The notes: generated by a model not told the origin, from the letters alone. 64,000 bases of DNA from Clostridia bacterium (GCA_017621655.1 JAGASS010000027.1:1719-65718), one strand, 5' to 3'. Shown: positions 55,165 to 64,000, numbered from the stretch's first letter. Made by a program: numbers and translations.

Positions 55165-56112
55165 TTAATTTTTATATGCCATAGTCATCATTCGCGTCAA
55201 TGCCTTGGCTTCCTTTATCGAGCATCCGGGCAGAATATTACCCATAAGGAATTGCTCGATGGGAAAAGGCAAAGAGGGCGGAACGGGAACCTCTGTTATT
55301 ATTCCGTTTGTTGCAGCTGTGCATTTTATGACACTATTGTTTTCCATACGAACGTAACCTTTTTCGCCGTAAACCTCAAGCGTAACGGGGGAATACTGCG
55401 AAACGAATCCCGTTTCGTTTACTGCGATCGCGCCGTTTGCAAAGCTCATGACGGTAACCGCATTATCCTCGACCAAATCGGCATTCTTCACCTTGACCGC
55501 TTCATTTTCGCAGCTTACCGTAAACTCGGAGCTTGCGGAAACAGGCATTCCGAGAATCCACTCAGTGAGGTACATTCCATGCGCGCCGAGATCTATCATG
55601 GCACCGCCTCCGCACTGATCGAGATCATAAAAGTGTCTCGGAAGCCAATCATATACACTACCCGAATGGCAATTTCGGAATCTCATATAATTGATCTTGC
55701 CCAGCTCGCCGCTATCAACGACGTTCTTGACAGCAAGACGTGAGCCGATATATTTTTGAACAAGTGAGATGGTAAAGGAAACGCCGTTTTCCTTTATTGC
55801 CGCCTCGATCCTATCACAATCGGCATCCGTCAAAGCAAGCACCTTTTCGGTAAAGATATTTTTCTTTGCTTTTGCGATCCTGATAATATCTTCAACGTGG
55901 TCACTTGTAGCCGAGCATACGATAACACCCTCCGCATCGCTGCTTAAAAGCTCTTCTACCGTAGCAAAACGATGTATATCGTGCGTTTTTTTGAATTCAT
56001 TTGCCAGCTCGTCATCCTTTTCGTAAAAGCCGATCACTTCGCCAAGCTCAAGCGCCTTTGACGTATAATCGGCGACGTGTACGTGCCAAACTCCTAAAAC
56101 TGCGATCTTCAT
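55165..56112 (-). CDS. Gfo/Idh/MocA family oxidoreductase
   Basis: MKIAVLGVWHVH... N-terminal Rossmann-type start, with a C-terminal alpha/beta dimerisation-type domain. Confidence 0.8.
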   Translation of the reverse strand: MKIAVLGVWHVHVADYTSKALELGEVIGFYEKDDELANEFKKTHDIHRFATVEELLSSDAEGVIVCSATSDHVEDIIRIAKAKKNIFTEKVLALTDADCDRIEAAIKENGVSFTISLVQKYIGSRLAVKNVVDSGELGKINYMRFRNCHSGSVYDWLPRHFYDLDQCGGGAMIDLGAHGMYLTEWILGMPVSASSEFTVSCENEAVKVKNADLVEDNAVTVMSFANGAIAVNETGFVSQYSPVTLEVYGEKGYVRMENNSVIKCTAATNGIITEVPVPPSLPFPIEQFLMGNILPGCSIKEAKALTRMMTMAYKN

Positions 56113-57194
56113 TCAAAATACACCGGCTTTCCCGTTTTAGACGATTCGTAGATCGCCTCAAGGATCTCCGATACAACGAGCGCCTGCTCGGGAAGGACTA
56201 TCGGATCGGTATCGTCAATAACGGACTTGATCCAGTTTGCCGCTTCAACGTCGGAAGGAGATGCGTTTCCGCCTGCATAGAATGCAACACCGCCCGCAGA
56301 GGTATCGACTGTTGTTTCGGTCTGACGGTCAAATTCTATCTTATTTATCTTAAGAACGTTATTCTTGATCTGGAGTCCCTCCTTGCTTCCGCAAAGAACA
56401 CAGCTTCCTTCCTGAATCGGCTCTGACGTATTGAGCGCCCAGCTCGTTTCGAGCATAATGGTCGCGCCGTTTTTCATACGTATGAACGCGCAAGCAGATT
56501 CTTCAAGAGGTGTCGTGCTTACTCCGTTGTCTCCCCAAATATTACCTGCTTCGGGATGCTCAAGCTTTTTGTGTGTTTTACCGATAACAAGCTCGGGCTC
56601 GTAATTGTTCATAAGATAAAGAGTAAGGTCAAGAGAGTGTGTGGCAATATCAATGATAGGACCGCCGCCCTGCGCCTCATCGTCAAGGAAAACTCCCCAG
56701 TTAGGAGTGCCGCGTCTGCGGATAGCAAGACAGTTTGCGTAATAGATCTCGCCTATAGCGCCCGACTCTATATACTGCTTTGCATAAATGCTCTCGGGCT
56801 TCTGACGGTGCTGATAGCCGATAGTCAGCTTTTTGCCCGTTGCCTTTGCCGCTTCATACATTCTCCTTGCGTCGGCAGCAGTCTTCGCCATGGGCTTTTC
56901 ACACATTACGTGCTTTCCGGCGTAAAGAGCATCGACTGTTATTTGAGCGTGCTCGCGGTTCGGCGTAAGTACGTGAACGACCTCGATTTCCGGATCCAAA
57001 AGAAGCTCCTTGTAATCTGTATAGGTTTTGGCATCCTTCGTTCCGAATTTCTCCTTTGCTTCCTCAGCGCGTTCGGGAATAATATCACAAAACGCTACTA
57101 ATTCAACATTCGGGATTCTTGAAAGCGACGGCATGTGCTTTCCGTTCGCAATGCCTCCGCAGCCGATAATGCCGACTTTAACGATTCTTTCCAT
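56109..57194 (-). CDS. Gfo/Idh/MocA family oxidoreductase
   Basis: MERIVKVGIIGCGGIANGKHMP..., VMCEKPMA. ATG 57194 sits behind an AGGAGAAAAG RBS. There is an ATGA overlap with the downstream paralog. Confidence 0.85.
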   Translation of the reverse strand: MERIVKVGIIGCGGIANGKHMPSLSRIPNVELVAFCDIIPERAEEAKEKFGTKDAKTYTDYKELLLDPEIEVVHVLTPNREHAQITVDALYAGKHVMCEKPMAKTAADARRMYEAAKATGKKLTIGYQHRQKPESIYAKQYIESGAIGEIYYANCLAIRRRGTPNWGVFLDDEAQGGGPIIDIATHSLDLTLYLMNNYEPELVIGKTHKKLEHPEAGNIWGDNGVSTTPLEESACAFIRMKNGATIMLETSWALNTSEPIQEGSCVLCGSKEGLQIKNNVLKINKIEFDRQTETTVDTSAGGVAFYAGGNASPSDVEAANWIKSVIDDTDPIVLPEQALVVSEILEAIYESSKTGKPVYFE

Positions 57195-57323
57195 AACTTT
57201 TCTCCTCATTATTTTATTTGAAAGTTTTATACAACTCTCAATTTTAGTATAGACATTTATTTTCATAAATGATATAATAGAATTGATAAAAAATATAAAA
57301 AATTTGTCCTTAAGGAAAACATA

Positions 57324-58208
57324 ATGAAATCTAATAACAAAAAGATCCTCATCGAAGCACCGCGCGGAAACGGAAATGAAGCCGAGTTTTTTATTCAGTC
57401 AAACAGCCCGAATACGGTTGCCTGTTATGCTCACGTTCATAATGCGATCGAACTGCTCTACATCAAGGAAGGCAGCTACAACGTATCGATCGATGGGTGT
57501 GAATACGAGGTCTTCGGCGGAGATCTGATCCTGTTTTGCTCAAATTCAATACACTACGTAACGGCACAAAGCCGCCCCGTTAATGAGTATTACGTAATAA
57601 AGATACCTCCCCTTTTCCTGCTCGAATTTTCGCGGCAAAAGGTCAAGGCCGAATATATTATGCGATTCGCCTTGAATCGCGACGGGCAGAAAAATATATG
57701 GAAAAAAGACGAGCTGAGAAACAGCAATATTTTATTGATCCTGAATCAGCTTATAGCGGAATACGAAGAGCAAAAATACGCAAGCGAGGTTGCCATACGT
57801 CTGAAGATCATGGAATTGCTTTTGACGATACTGCGCGAGAGCGATAACTGCACGGCTCTTATGAGTGATCAAGTGGCTGAATCAATCTATAACGCTATGC
57901 TCTGCGCAAAGAGTAACTACGCAGAGGATCTGGACGAAAGAAAATTGGCGCAAAGCATCGGAATGAGTTACAGCTATTTTACGCGCAGCTTTAAGCGCGT
58001 TGCGGGAATGACCTTCAGAAAATATTTGAATATTACGAGAATACATGCCGCCGAACAGCAGCTGTGCACGAGCGAAGATAGTATAACCGAGATCGCTACG
58101 AAATGCGGCTATAACAGTTCATCATATTTTATTAACGTCTTCCGAAGCATTACGGGAAAAACTCCTTATCAAATGCGGCAGCAATTAAAAATCAAAGAAG
58201 TTGAGTGA
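57324..58208 (+). CDS. AraC-family transcriptional regulator (cupin sensor + 2x HTH)
   Basis: An N-terminal cupin-like domain (HVHNAIELLYIKEGSY), with a C-terminus ...SIGMSYSYFTRSFKRVAGMTFRKYLNITRI...ITEIATKCGYNSSSYFINVFRSITGKTP. Confidence 0.88.
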   Translation: MKSNNKKILIEAPRGNGNEAEFFIQSNSPNTVACYAHVHNAIELLYIKEGSYNVSIDGCEYEVFGGDLILFCSNSIHYVTAQSRPVNEYYVIKIPPLFLLEFSRQKVKAEYIMRFALNRDGQKNIWKKDELRNSNILLILNQLIAEYEEQKYASEVAIRLKIMELLLTILRESDNCTALMSDQVAESIYNAMLCAKSNYAEDLDERKLAQSIGMSYSYFTRSFKRVAGMTFRKYLNITRIHAAEQQLCTSEDSITEIATKCGYNSSSYFINVFRSITGKTPYQMRQQLKIKEVE

Positions 58209-58363
58209 AATAAATAATAAATATCCACCCGCATAAGCGGGTGGTATTTCATTTTCGGGCATAGCCCTAATACTACTTGCTGCGCACAAGTGCGCCTTAA
58301 ATTGGCCTACCAGCCACGCATCGGCTACCTGCTACCCGTAAACGGGTTTAGGGACGTTTCATT

Positions 58364-58570
58364 GCCTCCCTCCGGGAGGGAGGTGGATTTTTGCGAAGCA
58401 AAAAGACGGAAGGAGCACGCGATGAAAGGGATTATAGAGCGTTGTCCTTTTCATTAGGGCGGTTCTGTAAATATCTTTTATCGAGCGTTTCCCGCCCGAT
58501 GGCTCCTTCAGTCAGCTACGCTGACAGCTCCCGTAGGTTGCGCAGCAAACTACTCCGGAGTTGGAGCCAT
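58364..58570. repeat. Intergenic repeat family B, second copy
   Basis: GCCTCCCTCCGGGAGGGAGGTGGATTTTTGCGAAGCAAAAAG...CGCCCGATGGCTCCTTCAGTCAGCTACGCTGACAGCTCCC...GGAGTTGGAGCC. Confidence 0.8.
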
Positions 58571-58710
58571 TGGCGCGAACTGCCCTTAAACCGCATTTTT
58601 TCTTCACATCATTTCTGTTCATCGGTAAACCTATATTGAACCCCGCCACTATGGCGGGGATTTCATTTACAGCAAAAGGCAGAGACCAAACTGAGGTCTC
58701 TGTCTTTTTA

Positions 58711-61440
58711 TTAATTCGGCACAAAGAAGCAGAATGCGTCAGGCGAGAATCCGCCGACGACGAGACGGTAAAACACCTTGCCGTCAGGGGAAAGCATGTC
58801 GCTCCTCTTGCCGTTTCTCCTTATCATCAGTCGGAACGGCTCTCCGCGCTTCATCGAAAGGTCGCGCATATCAAACGAGAACGCGTAAGATTCGCTGTCG
58901 TCATACTTCGTGTATTTAAGATCAAATGCCTTGCGGCGGCGCTCAAGGCGTTCGCCGAACATGGAATAGCCCGTATTCTCCTGAATTTCGAGCATTCCGC
59001 ACCACAAAAACATCGGCACGCTTCTGTGCATTACCTTGAATTCGGGATCTATACGCAACCAGTCACCGACACCGTCAAGGAGCAGCTCTACTGTATATCT
59101 GTCTCCGTTTCTCGATGCGCGGACGCGCGTTTTATCGGTTTCTTGTCCTGCGGAGTCGATAAAATCAAACCACTCTGCGTCGGAAATATCGCATTCGCGA
59201 ACGGTATATGCTCTTGCCCCCTCGTCTAGACCGAAGTAGAACGGCAAAGGAAGCTCTCCGTTTGAAATTCGGCGCTCGACCTCGGGGAATTCAGTCACAA
59301 GAAGCTTCTCAAGCTCCTCTATACGCCACTCGAGCTTCTCGGGGAATATCTTATATCCGTGCGCTTCGGAATGGTATCCTATTCGGTTATCCTCCTTCGT
59401 TATCGGGATCAGCGCGCGGCTTATCTCGATCTCGCGAAGGACGAGCTTTTTCATTTTTTCAAGCACTTCAAGCTTGTCGCAATCCTCAAGCGCGAGCTTT
59501 TCGCGCAGGGTGTAAAACTCAAAGGTGTGCACTCCGCTTTCAAATATGTAATTTGCCGCAGTTACGACCGTCAACTGCTCGCGGCGCGTCTCGGTTGAAA
59601 AATCGCCGATCGAAGAAAGATCGCGGCATCCTTCGTTCCAAAGACGTGAAAGCTCACTTGTGAGCGTTAAGATCTCGCTCGGCGTGTGGCTGTCAAGAAC
59701 GCAGTCCCAAACTCTGTCTGCGCCGACCATATCGTCAAGCGTCCAGGTCGCGGGCATAGGCAGGTCTATCGGCTCCAAGTGATACGGCGCAACGGGGCTG
59801 TCCTGCATCGGGCTGTACCATTCAAAGTCAACGCCAACGGGGAAATTACGGTAACCGCGTGCAAGCTTTTCAAATGCGTCTGCCGCCTTTGGCGCATCCT
59901 TGCCCCAATATATTCCGCAAAGGTGCAAAAGGAAATCGCGCTCCGTCGGCATAAACGGCTCAAACGCAAGCTCGCCTGCCGCGCGGCTCATAAGGCAAGG
60001 ATAGTTGCCGAAGAACCAGCACTGCATTACTCCGCGCACCGAATGCTCGTGCATATATTTGTATTTTTCGTAAAGAAGCGACGGAACGGGAACGTAAGGT
60101 ACTGTCGATATTTCGTGTGACGAGCAGACCTGAATCTTCGCCCAAGTCTCAACGCCTACCGACGAATCATATCCAATAGCGTCCTCAAAAAGCTGACCGG
60201 GGCCTGCGTATGAAAGCCAATAATCGTAGGCAAGTCGCTTCTCGCCGAGCTGATCTACGAGTCCAAGATCCTCGAAGTTGACGAGGTGTCTTACGTTCTT
60301 GTCGCGCGTTAGGCATGATTCCTTTATATCCTCTGGCTTCCAACCCCTCTGCGCGTAGGTCCAGCTAACGTATTCTGCGTTTGGCGAGACCGATTTTATA
60401 GTGTCAGATATAGTTTTTTCAACAAAAGCAAGGGTTTTGCCAAGCGTGCCGAACCTTTCGCGGCATCGCTTACAGGTAAGAGCTCCGCCCGATCCACAAT
60501 GCGATTCCGCCTCTCCCACACTCAGGTTTATATATCCCGAAAGTCCGGGTGCGCGTCTGAACAGCTCCGAATATGCTTCCTTGATATATGCAAGTCCCTT
60601 TTCCGTCGAGGGGCAAAGGTGATAGATCCATGGCGATTCCTCGTCGCTGAGCATATCGGGATGATTCTTCAGCTTTTCGTTCATATACGTCGATGCGGGA
60701 TCGACCGAGAAAAGATAAGTCTTAATTCCGTACCGACGGCATTTTTCAATGGTTCGGTTGAGCTTCGCGATTCTTCTTTCGGAATCGGCACCGTACTCGG
60801 GAACGATGTCGCTTTTAACAAGATACTGAAGCGTTGCGCCGAGCCACAGTGCGTTTACACCGTCGTGCGCGAGGCGATTAAGATACTCGTCGGGGTAATA
60901 ATCAATATCGTCGGCAAGCTCGTTTTCGCGTTCCTCAATTGCGATATGGCTCGCAGGGGTGAAATAGCAGCGCGATATTCTCTCTCTTATAAACGGGCGT
61001 CTTTTTATCTCGCCGAGCGGAAGTCTTGAGCCCGAACGGCGAAGCATTTCGTCTTCAATATAAACGAGCGCACGGCGAATACCCTCGGTATCAGCGGCGA
61101 TGACCTCACAGCCGTCGCGCTCCACGCGGATAATATACGCCTCAAAGCACTCCGTTTCTCCCTTGCGAACTACGATCTTCTTGCCGAGACCGTCAACCTT
61201 TATCTGCATAACGGATAAAAACTTCTTAAAATCGTCATATGCCGTCTCGAGCAGCTCGTCGTTGAAGCTTATGTCAAGCGTGACATGCGAGAAGTCGACC
61301 TCGTCCGAGCTCGGCTCGTCCTCGTTCCAATGCGGCGGGATCTCTTTATGATACGGGCGCGCAAGATCTTGGGCAAACGTCATCTCCGGCTGGCGGTATT
61401 TAAACGGATCTTCAAACTGCGTGAATCTCATACCTGACAC
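58711..61440 (-). CDS. Large (909 aa) cytoplasmic protein of unassigned family, possibly glycoside-hydrolase-like
   Basis: A long uninterrupted ORF with no signal peptide or TM helices. The N-terminal segment ...ECFEAYIIRVERDGCEVIAADTEGIRRALVYIEDEM resembles the GH20b/GH67N-type domain pattern. A Cys cluster HCGSGGALTCKRC is present. I recognise no diagnostic catalytic motif. Confidence 0.8.
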   Translation of the reverse strand: MSGMRFTQFEDPFKYRQPEMTFAQDLARPYHKEIPPHWNEDEPSSDEVDFSHVTLDISFNDELLETAYDDFKKFLSVMQIKVDGLGKKIVVRKGETECFEAYIIRVERDGCEVIAADTEGIRRALVYIEDEMLRRSGSRLPLGEIKRRPFIRERISRCYFTPASHIAIEERENELADDIDYYPDEYLNRLAHDGVNALWLGATLQYLVKSDIVPEYGADSERRIAKLNRTIEKCRRYGIKTYLFSVDPASTYMNEKLKNHPDMLSDEESPWIYHLCPSTEKGLAYIKEAYSELFRRAPGLSGYINLSVGEAESHCGSGGALTCKRCRERFGTLGKTLAFVEKTISDTIKSVSPNAEYVSWTYAQRGWKPEDIKESCLTRDKNVRHLVNFEDLGLVDQLGEKRLAYDYWLSYAGPGQLFEDAIGYDSSVGVETWAKIQVCSSHEISTVPYVPVPSLLYEKYKYMHEHSVRGVMQCWFFGNYPCLMSRAAGELAFEPFMPTERDFLLHLCGIYWGKDAPKAADAFEKLARGYRNFPVGVDFEWYSPMQDSPVAPYHLEPIDLPMPATWTLDDMVGADRVWDCVLDSHTPSEILTLTSELSRLWNEGCRDLSSIGDFSTETRREQLTVVTAANYIFESGVHTFEFYTLREKLALEDCDKLEVLEKMKKLVLREIEISRALIPITKEDNRIGYHSEAHGYKIFPEKLEWRIEELEKLLVTEFPEVERRISNGELPLPFYFGLDEGARAYTVRECDISDAEWFDFIDSAGQETDKTRVRASRNGDRYTVELLLDGVGDWLRIDPEFKVMHRSVPMFLWCGMLEIQENTGYSMFGERLERRRKAFDLKYTKYDDSESYAFSFDMRDLSMKRGEPFRLMIRRNGKRSDMLSPDGKVFYRLVVGGFSPDAFCFFVPN

Positions 61441-61590
61441 CTCTGAATAAAAAAAATGAATTAGCGTTTGGTTACGGTTTTATTTTATCATGTTTTAAGA
61501 CGGTTTGCAAGATGAAAAAAGCCGTGATTTCTCACAGCTTTTTTATTAATTCAGCAGAAAGATATGGAATACGGTGGGCAAAGAAAAAGA

Positions 61591-62619
61591 TCAAAACTTC
61601 GTAAAACCTAAATCGTCAAAGGAATATTCCATGTTTTCTACTTCAAGAAATCTCTCAAGGCAGCTGAGCAGATCGCAAATGCCCTGCCTGCTCATTTCCA
61701 TAAATTCGTTCTGCATATCGGTCGCGCCGGTATAACGAGAACATGGCAATGGATAATTTTTAGTAAAATCAGACGCTACTATCGTACCGGTTGCCTCGTA
61801 GCGAGATACACCGGTATCTCGGTAGTAGTATGAAGTTATGTAAGTATATTTGCCGGTGTGCGTTTTAGGAACGTATATATAGAAATTTATGCTGAATGTA
61901 TCGTTCAAAACACTGTGTAAGCAGAATTCTATTTTTTCGGTATCTGCCCAATAATACAGAGAAAAGCTTTCGGACGCGTATCCTCCGTAATTATCAGCGG
62001 TGTTTGAATAATAGCAGTGGTCTCCGTTTACTGTACCGTTTTGAATCACGAAATTTTTGAGATATCCGTATATATCCTTAGGTTTGTTTTGTGGCGGCTT
62101 CGTCGTACTTGGCGTGGTTTGCGGCGGCTTCGTCGTATTCGGCTTGGTTTGAGTCGGCTCTGTCGTATTCGGCGTGCTTTCGGGCGGTTCCGTCGTATTC
62201 GGCGTGCTTTCGGGCGGATCTGTCGTAATTATCGTTCCTCCCGGAATAGTATGAGACGGTTCGCCATTGTTTTTCGCACCGAAAATTCCAGATATCCATA
62301 GAATGAGAGCAATCACCAAAAGCAAACAGAATATTAAGCATACGACCAATATGTACTTTTTCTTATTTGAGGGTGTATCGTTTTGAGGTTTCGCTTGGGG
62401 AACGGCCACGGGCTCGGGCTCGGACTCGTCCGCAGACAGCAATTTGTCGGTAGAAACATCAAACAGTTTAGCTAAGGCGACTATATTGTCAAGAGACGGT
62501 TGTGTCTGTCCGGTCTCCCAAAGACTGATGCTTTGTCTTGTTACTTTTAATTTGTCAGCTAATTCGTCCTGTGACATGTGATTTAATTTACGGTACTTTC
62601 TAATGTTATCACTCAGCAT
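61591..62619 (-). CDS. Membrane-anchored XRE-HTH protein with Pro/Thr-rich repeat linker and unassigned extracytoplasmic domain
   Basis: MLSDNIRKYRKLNHMSQDELADKLKVTRQSISLWETGQTQPSLDNIVALAKLF (HTH_3), the TM helix YILVVCLIFCLLLVIALILWI, PPESTPNTTE repeats, and a roughly 160-aa C-terminal domain. ATG 62619 is preferred over GTG 62628. Confidence 0.8.
   Translation of the reverse strand: MLSDNIRKYRKLNHMSQDELADKLKVTRQSISLWETGQTQPSLDNIVALAKLFDVSTDKLLSADESEPEPVAVPQAKPQNDTPSNKKKYILVVCLIFCLLLVIALILWISGIFGAKNNGEPSHTIPGGTIITTDPPESTPNTTEPPESTPNTTEPTQTKPNTTKPPQTTPSTTKPPQNKPKDIYGYLKNFVIQNGTVNGDHCYYSNTADNYGGYASESFSLYYWADTEKIEFCLHSVLNDTFSINFYIYVPKTHTGKYTYITSYYYRDTGVSRYEATGTIVASDFTKNYPLPCSRYTGATDMQNEFMEMSRQGICDLLSCLERFLEVENMEYSFDDLGFTKF
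62080..62217 (-). repeat. Tandem 30-nt coding repeat (about 4.5 units) encoding PPESTPNTTE-type decapeptides
   Basis: The peptide units are PPESTPNTTE, PPESTPNTTE, PTQTKPNTTK, PPQTTPSTTK and PPQNKP. The DNA shows matching periodicity. Confidence 0.85.
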
Positions 62620-62797
62620 AAAAAACACTTCCTTTCTTCTAAATTATATCATTTCTTGATCTTGAAAACAATAAAGTTTGTTTGGAATATTGTCAAGTAA
62701 CACTTGCTTCCTTGCAAAATGTGCCCTAAAAGCCGAGAATTCGTGTTTGTACGCGCAAAATCTCGAGCGTATTATAACACAAAAGCGGCGATGCCGC

Positions 62798-62915
62798 AAC
62801 ACCTATTACCTCTTACATATTACTTATTACTTGCCAAAAAATCCTGCAATTCGAGGTAAGAGTGAAGAGATAAGAGGTAAAAAGTAAAAATCCCGCACTT
62901 TCGTGCAGGATTTTT
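62798..62915. repeat. Family F element: low-complexity inverted arms + half terminator + full terminator
   Basis: CACCTATTACCTCTTACATATTACTTATTACTTGCC | AAAAAATCCTGCA | ...GGTAAGAGTGAAGAGATAAGAGGTAAAAAGTA | AAAATCCCGCACTTTCGTGCAGGATTTTTG. Confidence 0.6.
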
Positions 62916-63136
62916 GGGAGGCGACATAACTCACCGGTCGCATAGTCGTCCGCCTTCGCCTCGATGCACTCGGCTTGGCATACTCCTTGCTTTGCGGTGT
63001 AAAGCGTTGCGAAAACGATAATCAATCGTTTTCGCTTAGCTTTCAAATTTGAACTGCCGCGCTTTCGCGCTGCAGTTCAAACCTATCGGTATCACTTTCA
63101 AAACAAAAGAGCACCCAATTGGGTGCTCTTTTGTTT

Positions 63137-63212
63137 TGGAGGCGACATCCAGATTTGAACTGGAGAATAACGGTTTTGCAGACCGTGGCCTTACCACTTG
63201 GCTATGTCGCCG
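63137..63212 (-). tRNA. tRNA-Cys (anticodon GCA), CCA encoded
   Basis: The reverse complement is GGCGACATAGCCAAGTGGTAAGGCCACGGTCTGCAAAACCGTTATTCTCCAGTTCAAATCTGGATGTCGCCTCCA. It folds as a cloverleaf with a 7-bp acceptor stem GGCGACA/TGTCGCC, anticodon loop CTGCAAA and T-loop TTCAAAT. Confidence 0.92.
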
Positions 63213-63335
63213 TATTCGGAACATGAGCATTATATCACAGTGCGAGCGTTTTGTCAATGGATTTTGAGAAATTATTTTTGCTATGGGTAGTATTATGATA
63301 TGAAGACCGACGTAAAAGGTTAAATAAGCCGCAAT

Positions 63336-63692
63336 TCATTTTGCGTTATCTTTTGCGGTGTTAATTGAAGCAACAAGAATTCTCTTTATCTCTAAACAAT
63401 CATTTAAAAGCGATTTCCCCATATCCTCATTTATATATTCGGACATCGTAAGCAGCCTCAACCAGTATTCCGTTTCAGCTGTTTCCTTCAAAGCAATATG
63501 CATTTTCGAAACAAAATCCGCTTTGCTCTGACCATAGTTGGCTTCATTTATATTTGCACCAATGCTTGTGCCGCTGCGAACTATTTGTTTAGAAATAATC
63601 GTTTCTTTTTTCGTTCTAATTAAATACTGATGAAGCTTTATGATTCGAGAAGCAAAATCAATAGATTTATCGATCAATAAATTTTCTTTCAT
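63336..63692 (-). CDS. Four-helix-bundle protein (the family often found in 23S rRNA intervening sequences)
   Basis: ...QIVRSGTSIGANINEANYGQSKADFVSKMHIALKETAETEYWLRLL is the hallmark motif of this family. Confidence 0.85.
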   Translation of the reverse strand: MKENLLIDKSIDFASRIIKLHQYLIRTKKETIISKQIVRSGTSIGANINEANYGQSKADFVSKMHIALKETAETEYWLRLLTMSEYINEDMGKSLLNDCLEIKRILVASINTAKDNAK

Positions 63693-63786
63693 AACAACTC
63701 CTCATTCTTTATGATCATTATACCCTTAATCCACATCTTTTTCAATATATAAAAATGCTTTTTGACCAACGGGAAAAAAGCTACCT

Positions 63787-63938
63787 TAATTATTCATTAT
63801 TCATTCTTCATTAGCTGTGCGACTTCATTATTCATTAAAAATCCGCTTTTATTTAATGAATAATGAATGATGAATGATGAATAGTGAATAGTGAATAATA
63901 CAAGCAAAAATCCGCCTTCTTACGAAAGCGGATTTTTG
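63787..63938. repeat. Family F-like element: ATTCATT low-complexity inverted arms + half terminator + full terminator
   Basis: TTATTCATTATTCATTCTTCATTA...CTTCATTATTCATTAAAAATCCGCTTTTATTTAATGAATAATGAATGATGAATGATGAATAGTGAATAGTGAATAAT, followed by AAAAATCCGCCTTCTTACGAAAGCGGATTTTTGC. Confidence 0.65.
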
Positions 63939-63941
63939 CTT

Positions 63942-64000
63942 GGAGCGGATTACGGGGCTCGAACCCGCCACCTCCACCTTGGCAAGGTGGCGCTCTACCA
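63942..64000 (-). tRNA. tRNA-Gly (anticodon GCC), 3' portion; the 5' end lies beyond the right window edge
   Basis: The reverse complement is ...TGGTAGAGCGCCACCTTGCCAAGGTGGAGGTGGCGGGTTCGAGCCCCGTAATCCGCTCCA, with anticodon loop TTGCCAA, T-arm GCGGGTTCGAGCCCCGT and a terminal CCA. Confidence 0.85.

Noticed and set aside
62917-63000. A second tRNA or tRNA-like gene on the minus strand, ending in ...GTTATGTCGCCTCCCA.
   Set aside because: Only the last roughly 11 nt resemble tRNA-Cys. No T-arm (GTTCRANYC), D-arm or anticodon stem can be drawn. It is treated as a 3'-end remnant.
1-64000. A prophage, IS element, integrative element or known defence system (RM, Abi, CBASS, TA and so on).
   Set aside because: I could recognise no integrase, transposase, terminase, capsid, methyltransferase, nuclease or cyclase motif in any frame. 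Only the SNF2 insert and the SLOG/XRE cassette look accessory.

Overview
This 64 kb window looks like a Firmicutes/Clostridia chromosome with roughly half G+C by eye. The taxonomic call rests on L27 carrying the Prp-cleaved [10 protein letters not shown] extension, a glgD-containing glycogen operon, and ECF RibU behind an FMN riboswitch.

Most of the window is densely packed core genome:
- a truncated histidine kinase plus an OmpR-type regulator, cardiolipin synthase, and two small genes;
- a 2349-aa cyclic beta-1,2-glucan-synthase-like protein (GT84 + cyclase-like + GH94);
- an M16 peptidase pair, lgt, folD, rplU-prp-rpmA and pfkA;
- the str operon (rpsL-rpsG-fusA-tuf) and FMN riboswitch-ribU;
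- a glgB-glgC-glgD-glgA-glgP-GH13 glycogen cluster;
- two tandem AEC transporters, dut, a U32 peptidase, nth and thiI;
- metF plus a split metH, and cysK;
- two Gfo/Idh/MocA oxidoreductases with an AraC regulator, a 909-aa orphan protein, and tRNA-Cys and tRNA-Gly.

I saw no CRISPR array, cas gene, integrase, transposase or prophage gene. I found no convincing multi-gene novel system.

The strongest non-core signals are:
1. A single SNF2-helicase gene sits in a 2.95 kb AT-richer insert bracketed by a perfect 32-bp direct repeat of a terminator hairpin. Its roughly 470-aa N-terminal region is unassigned.
2. A small SLOG (DUF1273) plus two-XRE cassette is bracketed in a similar way by related terminator hairpins.
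3. Several families of hairpin-rich intergenic repeats occur, some inside the glycogen operon. One family shows compensatory stem substitutions between its copies.
4. A conserved 21-30 bp motif lies upstream of three adjacent transcription units next to the two-component system.
5. A 909-aa unassigned protein lies beside an AraC / Gfo-Idh-MocA locus.

Functional calls come from motif recognition by eye only. No database search or structure prediction was run.
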